Of a DNA stretch of 64,000 nt, positions 1-9,736 are shown piece after piece; within the stretch, counting starts at the first letter, position 1; each line of letters opens with the position of its first letter. This stretch comes from a virus: positions 17,384-81,383 of the IMG/VR virus record IMGVR_UViG_3300049846_000848; one strand, 5' to 3'. The notes under the pieces are model-generated. The model ran no database searches. It was given only the letters and a program-made list of their open reading frames with translations, and was not told where the DNA came from. The position numbers were made by a program, and so were the translations under genes.

Positions 1-1
1 G

Positions 2-652
2 TATAAGCATCCAGATGCTGAACTAGATGTAGCAGATCAAGATAAGATCTTCCAACTTTACTGCATGGATAGGAAGTCAGTGACATCTATATCTAGGGAG
101 TTAAAGATATCTAGAGAATTGATATCTAACCTAATTAGAAGTAAACAACTCACCAAGCTTCGAGATGATATAATACTTAGTGAACGTAAGGAATTAATTA
201 AAAGTGCTCGTCATAAAATAGCCACCGGATTTAGCGATAACATAACTGTAGCGTCAGAGATAGCCGGGTTCTATAAGCGTAAGTTATTGAAATCAAAGAA
301 AGCCCATGGAGATATATCTCATTTTATCTCTACATTATCGGAAAAAGATTTCTCTATAATGAAATACACCATGGATATTCTACACCGATATGTGCATACA
401 GGATTAAATTCGGAGTTAGCTAAAGGTGATGCCGAAACTAATGCCGCTACAGCCCCGGTAGTAGTGGAGTTCTCCGAGGGGTATAAGCCTGAGTTATTAG
501 AGGATTCTAGATTTAAAGCCGCAGATATCATAAAAAGCGTAGAGGCTAGGACTGCAGCAGAAGAGAAAGAATCAATTGAATTAATTGAAGTAATTGATAC
601 CGATCACGTAAAGGAAATGGATGTCGAAGACGACTCTAAAGATAAATTATAA
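2..652 (+). CDS. terS: Putative terminase small subunit (5' end outside window)
   Basis: Frame is open from base 2 (YKHPDAEL...) into the 65..652 ORF; HTH-like N-terminus (IFQLYCMDRKSVTSISRELKISRELIS); overlaps terL start. Confidence 0.6.
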   Translation, partial: YKHPDAELDVADQDKIFQLYCMDRKSVTSISRELKISRELISNLIRSKQLTKLRDDIILSERKELIKSARHKIATGFSDNITVASEIAGFYKRKLLKSKKAHGDISHFISTLSEKDFSIMKYTMDILHRYVHTGLNSELAKGDAETNAATAPVVVEFSEGYKPELLEDSRFKAADIIKSVEARTAAEEKESIELIEVIDTDHVKEMDVEDDSKDKL

Positions 653-1979
653 GCCCCATGATGGGCAGCGAGAAGCCTTATCTCAGATTAAAGCTTGTCG
701 CTCTCAATTCATAACCCTCTCCTGTGGTAGAGGCTGGGGTAAGACTACCTTCGTAGCCGGAGATCTAGTATTACCGTTCATGTTAGCTAACCCAGGCTGC
801 CAAGTAATGTGGGTAGCCCCAGTGCTATCTACCGCACGTACCCCAATAGATGAATTCTTTGTACCTAACCTACCTAAGTTTGATGAGCATGGCCGTAAAG
901 TATGGGAATACTTCTGGCAGAAGAACGAGCTCCACCTATACGTAGGGGATAAGGTATCTAAAATATTCTTTAAATCAGCAGATGCACCTGATTCCATAGT
1001 GTCTAAAGGCTACCATCTAATCGTAGTGGATGAGGCTGCTTTAATTAAACGTGAAGTCTTTGAACAACAAATCATAGGATGCGCCCGTAAAGGTAATCCA
1101 TTAGTAGTATTGATATCCACTCCTAGGGGAAAGAATTGGTTCTGGGAGTATTGGCAAAGAGGGCTAAACCCACTAGCTCCTCTATTCGCATCAATACACC
1201 AGCCTTATTTTAAGCGACCTGATTATCCTAACTTCTTAGTAGAGATGATGAAGGTACTACCCGCAGATGTAGTTAGACAAGAGTACTTTGCGGAGTTTGT
1301 TGATAGTGGTGGCCTAGTATTTAAAGGTTTAACCGAGGTATTATTTGGATCAGCAGTCAACTTTAATACCCCTATTCAATACTGGGTAGATCCAGAATCA
1401 GTTATAGACGGCATGGATAGTTATATCTTGGGATGGGATTTGGCTAAGCAACAAGACTATAACGTATTCATGGTGATGAATTGTCGCACTAGGAAGGTAG
1501 TAGAATACCACCGAGAGAATCAGACTGATTATAAGATTCTAGTAGCCAAGGCTAAGGAGCTATCCGAGAAGTACAATAATTGCCCTATCATATATGACCA
1601 TACCGGCGTGGGATCGGGTGTATCTGACTTCCTATCTGATAGTTTAGAGACTATCCCATACCAGTTTACTAATGAATCTAAGAATGAGCTGATCAATACC
1701 CTAATATTATCTATAGGTAATAAGGAAGTAGGCATACCTAATATAAATACTATACGATCAGAGTTAGAAAGTTTTGAATTCATCTTTACTAGAACAGGTA
1801 AACTAAGCTATAATGCTCCTGCAGGCCAACACGATGATACCGTGATAGCCCTAGCCTTATGTAACCTTTATGCCCGTGAACACTTTGGAAGTGACGTGAT
1901 ACAGCAGATAGAGGATAGTATTGGATTAAATAAGACAGCTAATAATTTCTATGATTTTATAGAACAGGACGATGATTAG
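621..1979 (+). CDS. terL: Terminase large subunit
   Basis: Walker A GRGWGKT, Walker B VVDEAA, ISTP motif, nuclease GWDLA...D and HDDTVIALAL. Confidence 0.95.
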   Translation: MSKTTLKINYKPHDGQREALSQIKACRSQFITLSCGRGWGKTTFVAGDLVLPFMLANPGCQVMWVAPVLSTARTPIDEFFVPNLPKFDEHGRKVWEYFWQKNELHLYVGDKVSKIFFKSADAPDSIVSKGYHLIVVDEAALIKREVFEQQIIGCARKGNPLVVLISTPRGKNWFWEYWQRGLNPLAPLFASIHQPYFKRPDYPNFLVEMMKVLPADVVRQEYFAEFVDSGGLVFKGLTEVLFGSAVNFNTPIQYWVDPESVIDGMDSYILGWDLAKQQDYNVFMVMNCRTRKVVEYHRENQTDYKILVAKAKELSEKYNNCPIIYDHTGVGSGVSDFLSDSLETIPYQFTNESKNELINTLILSIGNKEVGIPNINTIRSELESFEFIFTRTGKLSYNAPAGQHDDTVIALALCNLYAREHFGSDVIQQIEDSIGLNKTANNFYDFIEQDDD

Positions 1980-1987
1980 CCTAATAT

Positions 1988-1997
1988 CGTATAATTA
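1988..1997 (+). promoter_or_regulatory. Putative late promoter CGTATAATTA (portal)
   Basis: Exact motif, intergenic, repeated before virion genes. Confidence 0.75.
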
Positions 1998-2016
1998 CTA
2001 GAGAGGTTCTATCCCT

Positions 2017-4908
2017 ATGGGTTTATTCGACTTTTTCAAATCTCGCAAGAATATAGAACCTACTATCAAGGACTTAGCTCAAGAGGTAATCGACCAACTA
2101 GAGGTCGACGACGTTAAATCTCTGACTGCTTTTGATCCTATAGTAGGGGGTGCTAATAGCATATCATCTGAAAATATATCACTCACTAAGCAGGACGCTC
2201 AGCGCCTGTACATATCTGATATCTGGATCTACTCAGCCATAAACGCCATAGCATCTACTGTATCCTCTATCCCGTTAGTCACTAAAGTTAAGAAAGTTAC
2301 TCAAGGAAAGGTCAGCTACGAGATTAATACCGAGACTGAATTACAAGCCCTAATATCATACCCTAACCCATACTGCAGCATTACTGAGCTCCTAGCTTTA
2401 ATAGCCATAGATCTAAACTCTACGGGAGAAGCATTCCTATACCTTGATGGTATCGGTCGAGGATCTATGTATAAGATGCCTAAGGCTATCTATAGATTGA
2501 ACCCTGCCATGATAGAGACTGTAGAATCAGACAAGGGACCTTTCGTAGACCATTATAAACTGGTTAGCGAATATGGTGAGGTTAGATATAGCCCTAAAGA
2601 GATATGTCACATTAGATTACCTAATCCATTCTCTAACCTACAAGGGTTATCGCCCCTAGTAGCGGCTTTCCAGAATATCAAGTTAGATAGAATGATAACC
2701 GAGCATGAGGTTAACTTTTATCAAAAAGGGGCTAGACTAGGTGGAGTTCTAACTCATACTAAAGCCCTAACTAAGCAACAACTATCAGCTATCCAGCGAT
2801 CATTCGAGTCTAACTATACCGGGCATAGGAATACCCACCGTACCTTAGTACTTCCGTCAGGGATGGAATATAAAGTAATCTCTGGTAGTTCTAGTGATTC
2901 TCAGACCTTAGAGAAGGCTAAGTACAACCGTGATGCCATAATCTCTGCGTTAAAAGTACCGCCAATTAAGTTAGGTTTTTTAGAGCAAGCATCCTACTCT
3001 AATGCTGAGGTTCAAGAGAAATTCTATTACTCAGATACTATCCTACCTTTGTTGACTTTAATCCAGAACTCATTGAATTTACACGGGTTTATCACTCCAC
3101 CTGACTATTCAATCTTATTAGAATTTGATACCTCCAACATAACTGCTCTACGTGAAGACTACAATATGCTAGCTGAGACAGCTGAGCGTATGATTAAAGC
3201 TGGCTTAACTATAGACGAAGTCAGAGAAATGATCTGGAAAAAGGAAGCCCTCAATCTTCCTACTACCATGGTACCCTATACTGCTGCTGAAATAGCTGCA
3301 CTAGAAGCTAAGCGTAATCCCCAGCCACCTACTCCATCAGAGGACGTACAACACGAAGTAGATATGCAGCCGGAGGAGAAGTCCCTGGCTACTAAAGAAC
3401 TACCCTCAGGCGACATGCCTCACATATCCCAAGATGTAATAGACTCACAGGCTACCTTCCAAGATAGAGTGGCTCAACTAACTTCAGCCTTTATAACTCA
3501 GGGCGTACCTCCAGCGGATGCTGCTAGGGGGGCCGTAGAACAAGCTATGCAAGAGTATGGCTTACCTGGGGCTACTACTCAACCTCAAACAGAACCTACT
3601 CCGGCTCCAGAGAATATAGGTGGAACTACTCCTGCACTAACTAAAGAAGAAGTAAAGAAGCCAGAGACTCCAAAGCAAGAACATTGCCATAAGGTAACTA
3701 TCGGTGAGTTAGTATGTACCACCAGCATGTCTGAGCCAGGCCCAGAGCATACTCATATCTTGTTTTATAAAGACCGCAATATAGAATCAAGCAAGCCTAT
3801 AGCTACCCCAGATGGCCATAAGCATACTTACGACCTACCAGATACAGAGTCAGATGCATCTACACAAGAGCACATGAACAATGAAGGTAAGGACGTAAAG
3901 GTAGAGCGTCAGCCGGGGGAGTCTCTAGATGATTGCGTCTCTAGGGCTATTCCTAAGCTATTAGACGAGGGTTATAGCCGTGACCAAGCTGTAGCTATGG
4001 CTTATTCAATGTGTGAGCTACCAAAGAATCAAGACGAGAGTAAAGATATAACTCCTGAGGTCAGTGATCCCTGGACTAACATAGCTCAATCTAAGAAAGA
4101 AGCTATGCTAACTGTCTACAAGAATTTCCAGGATAAGACCGAGAAACTAGTAACCGAGCGAGAGAAAGAGTTAGGAGAGTTCTTTGCGGGGTATAAAGAG
4201 ATTATAGTTAAAGGCGTTAAGCGAGAAGCTAAGCGCCTAGATAAGGCTTGGAAGACCAAAGCCAACGATGATGATGTTCGTAAAATCTTAAATCTAAAAG
4301 AACTAGATGCCTATGTCGCTGCTTGGATAGCTAAGCATCATCCCTCCCTAGCTGAATCAATTAAACAAGGCTATGACAATACTCTTCCAGGTATTACTAT
4401 AGATTTTACTTTAACTGATCCTATAGTCGAAGCCTTGATGAAAGAGATAGAACTAGATCAAGTTAAATTATACGATGAGACTACCCGCAAGCAACTAGCC
4501 ACTGTACTATCGGAGCAGTTCGCTAATGGTGCTACAATAACTGAAATAGGTAGGGCTATTAGTAGGAAGTTTGATCAAATCTCTGCAGGCAGAGCCCAGA
4601 CCATAGCGCGTACAGAGGTGCTATCCGCCTATAGTGAAGCCGAAGAATTACGTCAAGACGAGATAGAGAAATCATTCCCAGATCAAAAGATTAAGCGTAC
4701 TTGGATCACCATGCTAGATGAATTCGTACGCGATGGGAGCTCTCATCCAGCTAACCACGTAAAATTACATGGAGTGGAGAAACTTAGAGGTAAAGCCTTC
4801 GACGATGGATTGTCAAAACTAGAATATCCCCGCGATCCATCAGGTGCTGCCGGCTCAGTCATTAACTGTCGCTGCACCCTTCTAAAAGAACTCGTAGGTA
4901 AGGAGTAA
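2017..4908 (+). CDS. HK97-family portal protein fused to a MuF/SPP1 gp7-like head morphogenesis domain
   Basis: N-term portal motifs (YPNPY, GEAFLY, GLSPL, VPPIKLG, SYSNAE); C-term RAQTIARTE...WIT..D..VR...H...YPRDP...INCRC. Confidence 0.9.
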   Translation: MGLFDFFKSRKNIEPTIKDLAQEVIDQLEVDDVKSLTAFDPIVGGANSISSENISLTKQDAQRLYISDIWIYSAINAIASTVSSIPLVTKVKKVTQGKVSYEINTETELQALISYPNPYCSITELLALIAIDLNSTGEAFLYLDGIGRGSMYKMPKAIYRLNPAMIETVESDKGPFVDHYKLVSEYGEVRYSPKEICHIRLPNPFSNLQGLSPLVAAFQNIKLDRMITEHEVNFYQKGARLGGVLTHTKALTKQQLSAIQRSFESNYTGHRNTHRTLVLPSGMEYKVISGSSSDSQTLEKAKYNRDAIISALKVPPIKLGFLEQASYSNAEVQEKFYYSDTILPLLTLIQNSLNLHGFITPPDYSILLEFDTSNITALREDYNMLAETAERMIKAGLTIDEVREMIWKKEALNLPTTMVPYTAAEIAALEAKRNPQPPTPSEDVQHEVDMQPEEKSLATKELPSGDMPHISQDVIDSQATFQDRVAQLTSAFITQGVPPADAARGAVEQAMQEYGLPGATTQPQTEPTPAPENIGGTTPALTKEEVKKPETPKQEHCHKVTIGELVCTTSMSEPGPEHTHILFYKDRNIESSKPIATPDGHKHTYDLPDTESDASTQEHMNNEGKDVKVERQPGESLDDCVSRAIPKLLDEGYSRDQAVAMAYSMCELPKNQDESKDITPEVSDPWTNIAQSKKEAMLTVYKNFQDKTEKLVTEREKELGEFFAGYKEIIVKGVKREAKRLDKAWKTKANDDDVRKILNLKELDAYVAAWIAKHHPSLAESIKQGYDNTLPGITIDFTLTDPIVEALMKEIELDQVKLYDETTRKQLATVLSEQFANGATITEIGRAISRKFDQISAGRAQTIARTEVLSAYSEAEELRQDEIEKSFPDQKIKRTWITMLDEFVRDGSSHPANHVKLHGVEKLRGKAFDDGLSKLEYPRDPSGAAGSVINCRCTLLKELVGKE

Positions 4909-4913
4909 CACAA

Positions 4914-6044
4914 ATGCAGAAATTAGAATTTAAATGGGCTATTAAAGCCTTAGACTATGAGAAGAAAGCTGCCGGAGGTTCCGGTAAATTAACTATAGAG
5001 GGATTCGCATCCACCCCAGACCGCGACCGTGTAAAAGATATAGTAATCCCACAAGCCTTCCAAAATTACTTGGCTAAATTTTTAGAAACTGGTACAATGT
5101 TATTAAATCATGACCCTTCAACTCCAGTCGGAAGATGGACTGAGGCGAAGGTAACTGATGCTGGCTTATACGTTAAAGGCTTTATATCGGAGACAGAGAA
5201 AGATCTCCAAACTAAGATCAAGGAAGGTATCTATTCTACATTATCTATTGGTTTTAATACCCTAGAACAAGAATGGAATGCAGCCCTAGAATCTAATGTT
5301 ATCAAGGAGTTAGAGCTTCTTGAGGTATCAGTAGTAACTATTCCAGCTAACCCAGAAGCACGATTTCAAGTAGCTGAAGTACAAGCTGGCAAGAGTTTAG
5401 AAGTAGATGCAGCTAAAGCTTTATCTACCGAAGCAGTACTAGGAGCCTTTATTATTGATGAGTTAGCCGATGGTACTACGTATAATTATAAGTACGTACG
5501 CGGCTTAGTAGCTAAGTCCCTAGCAGTAGATGAGAACGAATTAGACCAAGCGTATGTTGCAGTTATCCTAAACGAAGAAGAGGATGCTATGAATATAAAG
5601 CAATCAATAAAAGAAATTCAAGCACAGCTAGAGACGGAGAAGAAATCCACTACAGTAGAGACTACTGAAGTTAAGGAAACTCCAGTAGCTGAAACTAAGT
5701 CAGCTCCCTCACTAGAGGAATTAGCTGGAATAGTAGCTGGATTAGCTGAACAAATTAAATCTATCGAAGCCTCTATAACTGAGGTTAAATCTCTTGTTAC
5801 TCAAAAATCTGAAGTCGTTGAGGAAGCTAAGGCTGCTAAGCCTAAGCAAGGCGAAGACGGATCTATGTGTGAGGAAGAAGAGGATATGATGGACGAGGAA
5901 AAAAAGCCTTGTGAAGATAAGAAAAAAGAAGAAGTAGCACAAGAGACTAAGTCGCTAGACGAAGAGGAGCAAGCTATCTCTGCGTTAGAGGCAGAATGTC
6001 TAGCTCTTGAAAATGAAATATTAGAAATTGAATTAGGTAAGTAA
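4914..6044 (+). CDS. HK97-type prohead protease with C-terminal scaffold region
   Basis: IEGFAST..DR..D, MLLNHD, LSIGF, LLEVSVVTIPANP; acidic coiled-coil C-terminus. Confidence 0.9.
   Translation: MQKLEFKWAIKALDYEKKAAGGSGKLTIEGFASTPDRDRVKDIVIPQAFQNYLAKFLETGTMLLNHDPSTPVGRWTEAKVTDAGLYVKGFISETEKDLQTKIKEGIYSTLSIGFNTLEQEWNAALESNVIKELELLEVSVVTIPANPEARFQVAEVQAGKSLEVDAAKALSTEAVLGAFIIDELADGTTYNYKYVRGLVAKSLAVDENELDQAYVAVILNEEEDAMNIKQSIKEIQAQLETEKKSTTVETTEVKETPVAETKSAPSLEELAGIVAGLAEQIKSIEASITEVKSLVTQKSEVVEEAKAAKPKQGEDGSMCEEEEDMMDEEKKPCEDKKKEEVAQETKSLDEEEQAISALEAECLALENEILEIELGK
5479..5488 (+). promoter_or_regulatory. Putative internal late promoter CGTATAATTA inside protease gene
   Basis: Exact motif about 100 nt upstream of in-frame ATG 5589. 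Confidence 0.6.
5589..6044 (+). CDS. Putative nested scaffold protein (in-frame internal start)
   Basis: In-frame ATG (MNIKQSIKEIQ...) after a GAGGA-like SD and an internal late motif; Glu/Lys-rich coiled coil. Confidence 0.55.
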   Translation: MNIKQSIKEIQAQLETEKKSTTVETTEVKETPVAETKSAPSLEELAGIVAGLAEQIKSIEASITEVKSLVTQKSEVVEEAKAAKPKQGEDGSMCEEEEDMMDEEKKPCEDKKKEEVAQETKSLDEEEQAISALEAECLALENEILEIELGK

Positions 6045-6096
6045 TATAGAACTAACCTGGGACCCAGGTAGTATTAACCACCATAGGAGTATATTT

Positions 6097-7446
6097 ATGG
6101 AAAACAAGAAAGAGGCGCTGGTAGCTCGGCAAGAAGAGCTGATGAAACAAAAGGCAGCCCTCCAGTCGAACACCAAGAGCGAAGTGACTGTTAAATCTGC
6201 TCTTAGTGGCTGGGGAGTAAAGAGCTTTGACGAACTAGTCGGAGTTGCATCACACAAGGAAGACGGTCTATTCGGTGTTAACGTAGCCGACAAGAGATTC
6301 GCTTACCTTTCAGCTGAGAAGCGGGAAGCAGTAAAGAATCTTAAAGAAGCTACTGATATCGCCATTATGGAATCAGTTCTTTTTAAGAGATCAGTAAAAG
6401 AAACTCAAGCTTACAATACAATGATTATACCAATCGTTGAAAAAGCTTTCGGTATCTCTTCTGGTAGCGACGGTTTTGAGTGGATTCCTACAGGAGTTTC
6501 TACTTCATATATCGATGAATTTAATTTGGAAAGAAAGGTATCATCTCTTTTTCAAGAGATCCGTATGCCAACTAACCCATTTAAGTTCCCAGTTCTTACT
6601 AACGGTGCAGTAGCTCGTCTTCTTGCCCCAGTAAGCGCTGTATCTCCAAAGCAAAGCTTCGACACTGATTCTACAATCACTTTCGACGCAGTTAAATTGT
6701 CTAGCCAGTATCTTCTTCCAGAAGAACTTAGCGAAGATTCAGCTGTAGCCATCCTCCAAGTTATTCGTCAAGAACTAGTTGAAGGAATGGAAAAGTCAAT
6801 TGAAATCGCTATCCTTAACGGAGATACAACTGGTCCTCACATGGATGCATTCTCTGTACTTGGTACAGGAGCTGCTCCTGCTGCTGATTCTCCTGAAAAA
6901 GCTTGGATGGGACTTCGTAAGAGAGCTTTCGCTGCTGGCGCTGCTGCTCAACACGATGCTGGTGGAGATCGTTTGATTTCTCAAGATATCGTTACTGTTC
7001 GTGAGAAGATGGGAAAATTCGGAGTTAATCCTCGTGATCTTGCTTTAATCGCTGGTCCTCGTGGATATAATCAACTTATCGACCTAGACGAAGTTACTAC
7101 TCTTGAGAAGTATGGCCAATCAGCTACTATCCTCTCTGGAGAATTAGCTCGCGTTTATGGTATCCCAGTCATCGTATCTGAATATATGAGAGAAGATCTT
7201 GACGCCACTGGTGTTAATATCCTTCTTGCAGACAATAAGATAGCTATGCTTCTTGTTAACCGCCGAAGATTTATGGTAGGCTTACGCCGCGCCCTTCAAA
7301 TCAGAGTCGAGAAGAACAAGACCGACTATGATGCTACTGACCTAGTATCATACGCTCGATACGCTTTCCAAGGTGTATTGAAGGCTGATGGATCTAACTA
7401 CTCTAGCGAGAGCTCAGTAGCTATGATTCGTAACATCGGAGCATAA
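6097..7446 (+). CDS. Major capsid protein (HK97 fold)
   Basis: Position after protease; EELSEDS, AILNGD, YGIPVIVSEYM; strong SD and downstream terminator. Confidence 0.9.
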   Translation: MENKKEALVARQEELMKQKAALQSNTKSEVTVKSALSGWGVKSFDELVGVASHKEDGLFGVNVADKRFAYLSAEKREAVKNLKEATDIAIMESVLFKRSVKETQAYNTMIIPIVEKAFGISSGSDGFEWIPTGVSTSYIDEFNLERKVSSLFQEIRMPTNPFKFPVLTNGAVARLLAPVSAVSPKQSFDTDSTITFDAVKLSSQYLLPEELSEDSAVAILQVIRQELVEGMEKSIEIAILNGDTTGPHMDAFSVLGTGAAPAADSPEKAWMGLRKRAFAAGAAAQHDAGGDRLISQDIVTVREKMGKFGVNPRDLALIAGPRGYNQLIDLDEVTTLEKYGQSATILSGELARVYGIPVIVSEYMREDLDATGVNILLADNKIAMLLVNRRRFMVGLRRALQIRVEKNKTDYDATDLVSYARYAFQGVLKADGSNYSSESSVAMIRNIGA

Positions 7447-7471
7447 TACTTCGAGGTTAAATTAAATCCCT

Positions 7472-7501
7472 AAGGGGCGGGGCTCATGCCTCGCCCTTTT
7501 T
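7472..7501 (+). terminator. Rho-independent terminator after capsid gene
   Basis: GGGCGGGGC-loop-GCCTCGCCC followed by T run. Confidence 0.8.
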
Positions 7502-7516
7502 ATTTTGGAGGGTGAC

Positions 7517-7753
7517 ATGAAGTTAAAATCTAAGGTTAAGTGTAAAGGAAAGTATAAAGGTAACATCGATGGCCAGGTAAAGGAAGTATCTGCCGGGGAT
7601 GAATTCCTTTGTGACCCATGGTTAGCTTATAAGCTAATAGCTCACTACCCAGCTATCTTTGAGATCATAGGATCAGAGAGTGTAGGGGAGCTACCTAAAA
7701 AGAAGTTTGAAGTAGAACAAAACAAGATCTTAGCTGACTACGAGAGTAAATAA
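7517..7753 (+). CDS. Small hypothetical virion-associated protein
   Basis: GGAGG SD before ATG 7517; immediately after capsid gene. Confidence 0.65.
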   Translation: MKLKSKVKCKGKYKGNIDGQVKEVSAGDEFLCDPWLAYKLIAHYPAIFEIIGSESVGELPKKKFEVEQNKILADYESK

Positions 7754-8580
7754 TGGCTATAGCAGTAAACCGCCCTAGCTTAAAGTTATTCGAGACTAGA
7801 CAGATCGTAGACTTTAAAGCTGGCAGCGGAGCAGGATTCCAAGACTTTACTATCCAAGAAGGTTCTAGGATCATCGTTTCATTGATCGTCCGTAACTTGA
7901 GTGGCGGTGGTAGCGTAGATCTATCTATCGAAAACTCCGGTGACGGAGATAACTGGCTAGAAGTATTAAGCTTTAGCGCCGGAGTTAATGGTATAAGTCA
8001 GAAGATCTATTCAGACTTCCACGGTATATTCCGTATTAACTACATAGTATCTGGATTAGCCGACGTTAAAGTCATAATCACTGTAAGAGATAACTCAGCC
8101 TCTACCTTTATTGAGAACGCTAATCTATTAGTCGATATAGATCATACTAAAGGCGATTCAGTCCAAGTAGGTGATGGCGAGGATGTATTAGCGGTTAACG
8201 ACGACGGTTCCATCAACGTACAACTAGTAGAGAATGCCAACTCTCGTCATTATATGTTTGCAGATAATACCATCAATCCTAACGTAGACGGTTATGGGTA
8301 TAAGCAGATAGCCTCTTATACCGCAATAGACAGCCTAGACCGCATACGTAAAATGTATGTCCATAGTCAAGGCTCTGCCCAGATTAGAATGCTTATAGAC
8401 GGGCAAGAGGTACGAGTAAAGGACGTAGATCCAATGACTTCAGTAGCTGAGATAGTATTTGAAGTACCTAAGCCATTGATAGTAGGAAACGTATTGACGA
8501 TTCAGGCACGTATAGCACCAGAAATAAAGAAGCCTATATTATTTAGGACTATAGCTATCGAAGCTTATAAAGCATCCTAA
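7753..8580 (+). CDS. Putative head decoration/fibre protein
   Basis: Beta-rich; GDGEDVLAVNDDGSINV motif resembles motifs in neighbouring genes. Confidence 0.55.
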   Translation: MAIAVNRPSLKLFETRQIVDFKAGSGAGFQDFTIQEGSRIIVSLIVRNLSGGGSVDLSIENSGDGDNWLEVLSFSAGVNGISQKIYSDFHGIFRINYIVSGLADVKVIITVRDNSASTFIENANLLVDIDHTKGDSVQVGDGEDVLAVNDDGSINVQLVENANSRHYMFADNTINPNVDGYGYKQIASYTAIDSLDRIRKMYVHSQGSAQIRMLIDGQEVRVKDVDPMTSVAEIVFEVPKPLIVGNVLTIQARIAPEIKKPILFRTIAIEAYKAS

Positions 8581-8581
8581 C

Positions 8582-8591
8582 CGTATAATTA
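8582..8591 (+). promoter_or_regulatory. Putative late promoter CGTATAATTA
   Basis: Exact motif, intergenic. Confidence 0.7.
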
Positions 8592-8607
8592 AATAAAGGA
8601 ATATAGC

Positions 8608-8865
8608 ATGGAAATTATAGTAAGCCAAGATGGTACGTCTTTAAAGGTAGTTAAGTCTCTACAAGAAGAGATTGATACCACCAAAGACCCGGAGCTTAAG
8701 GCCAAGCTCGAAGCTTTCCAGCGTGAATTTGTATCGATAAAGGCGCAGGAGCAGGCGTATCGTGAGCTATTAGAGCCAGGTCTTAAACGACTAGGCGATA
8801 AGCTCAAGGACTTTAACAAAAGCGACTCACCCCCACCTGTACCACCAGAAGCAGTAAAGCCCTAA
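8608..8865 (+). CDS. Hypothetical protein (coiled coil, Pro-rich tail)
   Basis: AAGGA SD; follows late motif. Confidence 0.65.
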   Translation: MEIIVSQDGTSLKVVKSLQEEIDTTKDPELKAKLEAFQREFVSIKAQEQAYRELLEPGLKRLGDKLKDFNKSDSPPPVPPEAVKP

Positions 8866-8889
8866 TAGGTAGGGCAGTGGGAGGATAAT

Positions 8890-9693
8890 ATGTTTAGTAA
8901 CACTTCATTTCTAAGGTTAGCGCAGTACAATTCAGCGCTACCTACTATCACTGACGGAGAGTTTGCACCATTGCAAGTAGACTCTACTGGTAGATTGATA
9001 GTATCGCAAGACGTTAATGTAACTATCGATGCCTTAGGATTGAACGGAGCCGGTGACGATTCTAACATCCTAATGGTAGGCAGTGAGGATGGTACTGGAC
9101 TGGGCACTCGTCACGCCCTAGTAGTTGATACTCTCGGTCGTTTGATCATAAAGATGACCGATGGTACCGATGAACTAGCTATCGTTAAAGAAGGTGACTC
9201 ACTAGCTGTAGCAGCTGATGGAGCCGGAGTAGTTGTTTATGGCGTAGATCCTAGCGGCAACGCTAAGATGATGTCATTCGATGACAACGATAACTTAAAA
9301 GTAGTTATTGGGGCTAGCGGAGCAGCCTCTAACGCCTACAGTGATGTAGCTGTAGACGGTGTAGTAGAATCTATCGGTCAGACTTTCCTAGCCGTAGCTT
9401 CTGCTATTACAGTACCTGCTGGACAAGCTCTTGAGATCTACGGAGCTCACGGAGAAGGCGATAAAGATGCTTACTTTAGAGTAGTACGCAAGACTGCTGG
9501 TACAGCTGATGCATTCTACTGGGTAGGTCATGCTAAAGATTCTAAAGACTATGAAGTTATGGCCCCAGCTAATTGCCCTCTAGTTATCACTGGTGGAGCT
9601 ACTATAACAGTAGAACTACAAGCTCGTAAGATGCAAGGTGGTACTGACTTGGCTGCTTCTGGTACCTTGTTCGCTCGTTTGATTACGCTTTAA
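8890..9693 (+). CDS. Putative head decoration/fibre protein
   Basis: Repeated VDxxGRLI motifs; own terminator. Confidence 0.55.
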   Translation: MFSNTSFLRLAQYNSALPTITDGEFAPLQVDSTGRLIVSQDVNVTIDALGLNGAGDDSNILMVGSEDGTGLGTRHALVVDTLGRLIIKMTDGTDELAIVKEGDSLAVAADGAGVVVYGVDPSGNAKMMSFDDNDNLKVVIGASGAASNAYSDVAVDGVVESIGQTFLAVASAITVPAGQALEIYGAHGEGDKDAYFRVVRKTAGTADAFYWVGHAKDSKDYEVMAPANCPLVITGGATITVELQARKMQGGTDLAASGTLFARLITL

Positions 9694-9697
9694 TTAT

Positions 9698-9721
9698 AGG
9701 GGGCCTAGTGCCCCCTTCTTT
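9698..9721 (+). terminator. Rho-independent terminator
   Basis: AGGGGGC-CTAGT-GCCCCCT followed by TCTTT. Confidence 0.65.
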
Positions 9722-9736
9722 ACCTAAAGAGTAGGT

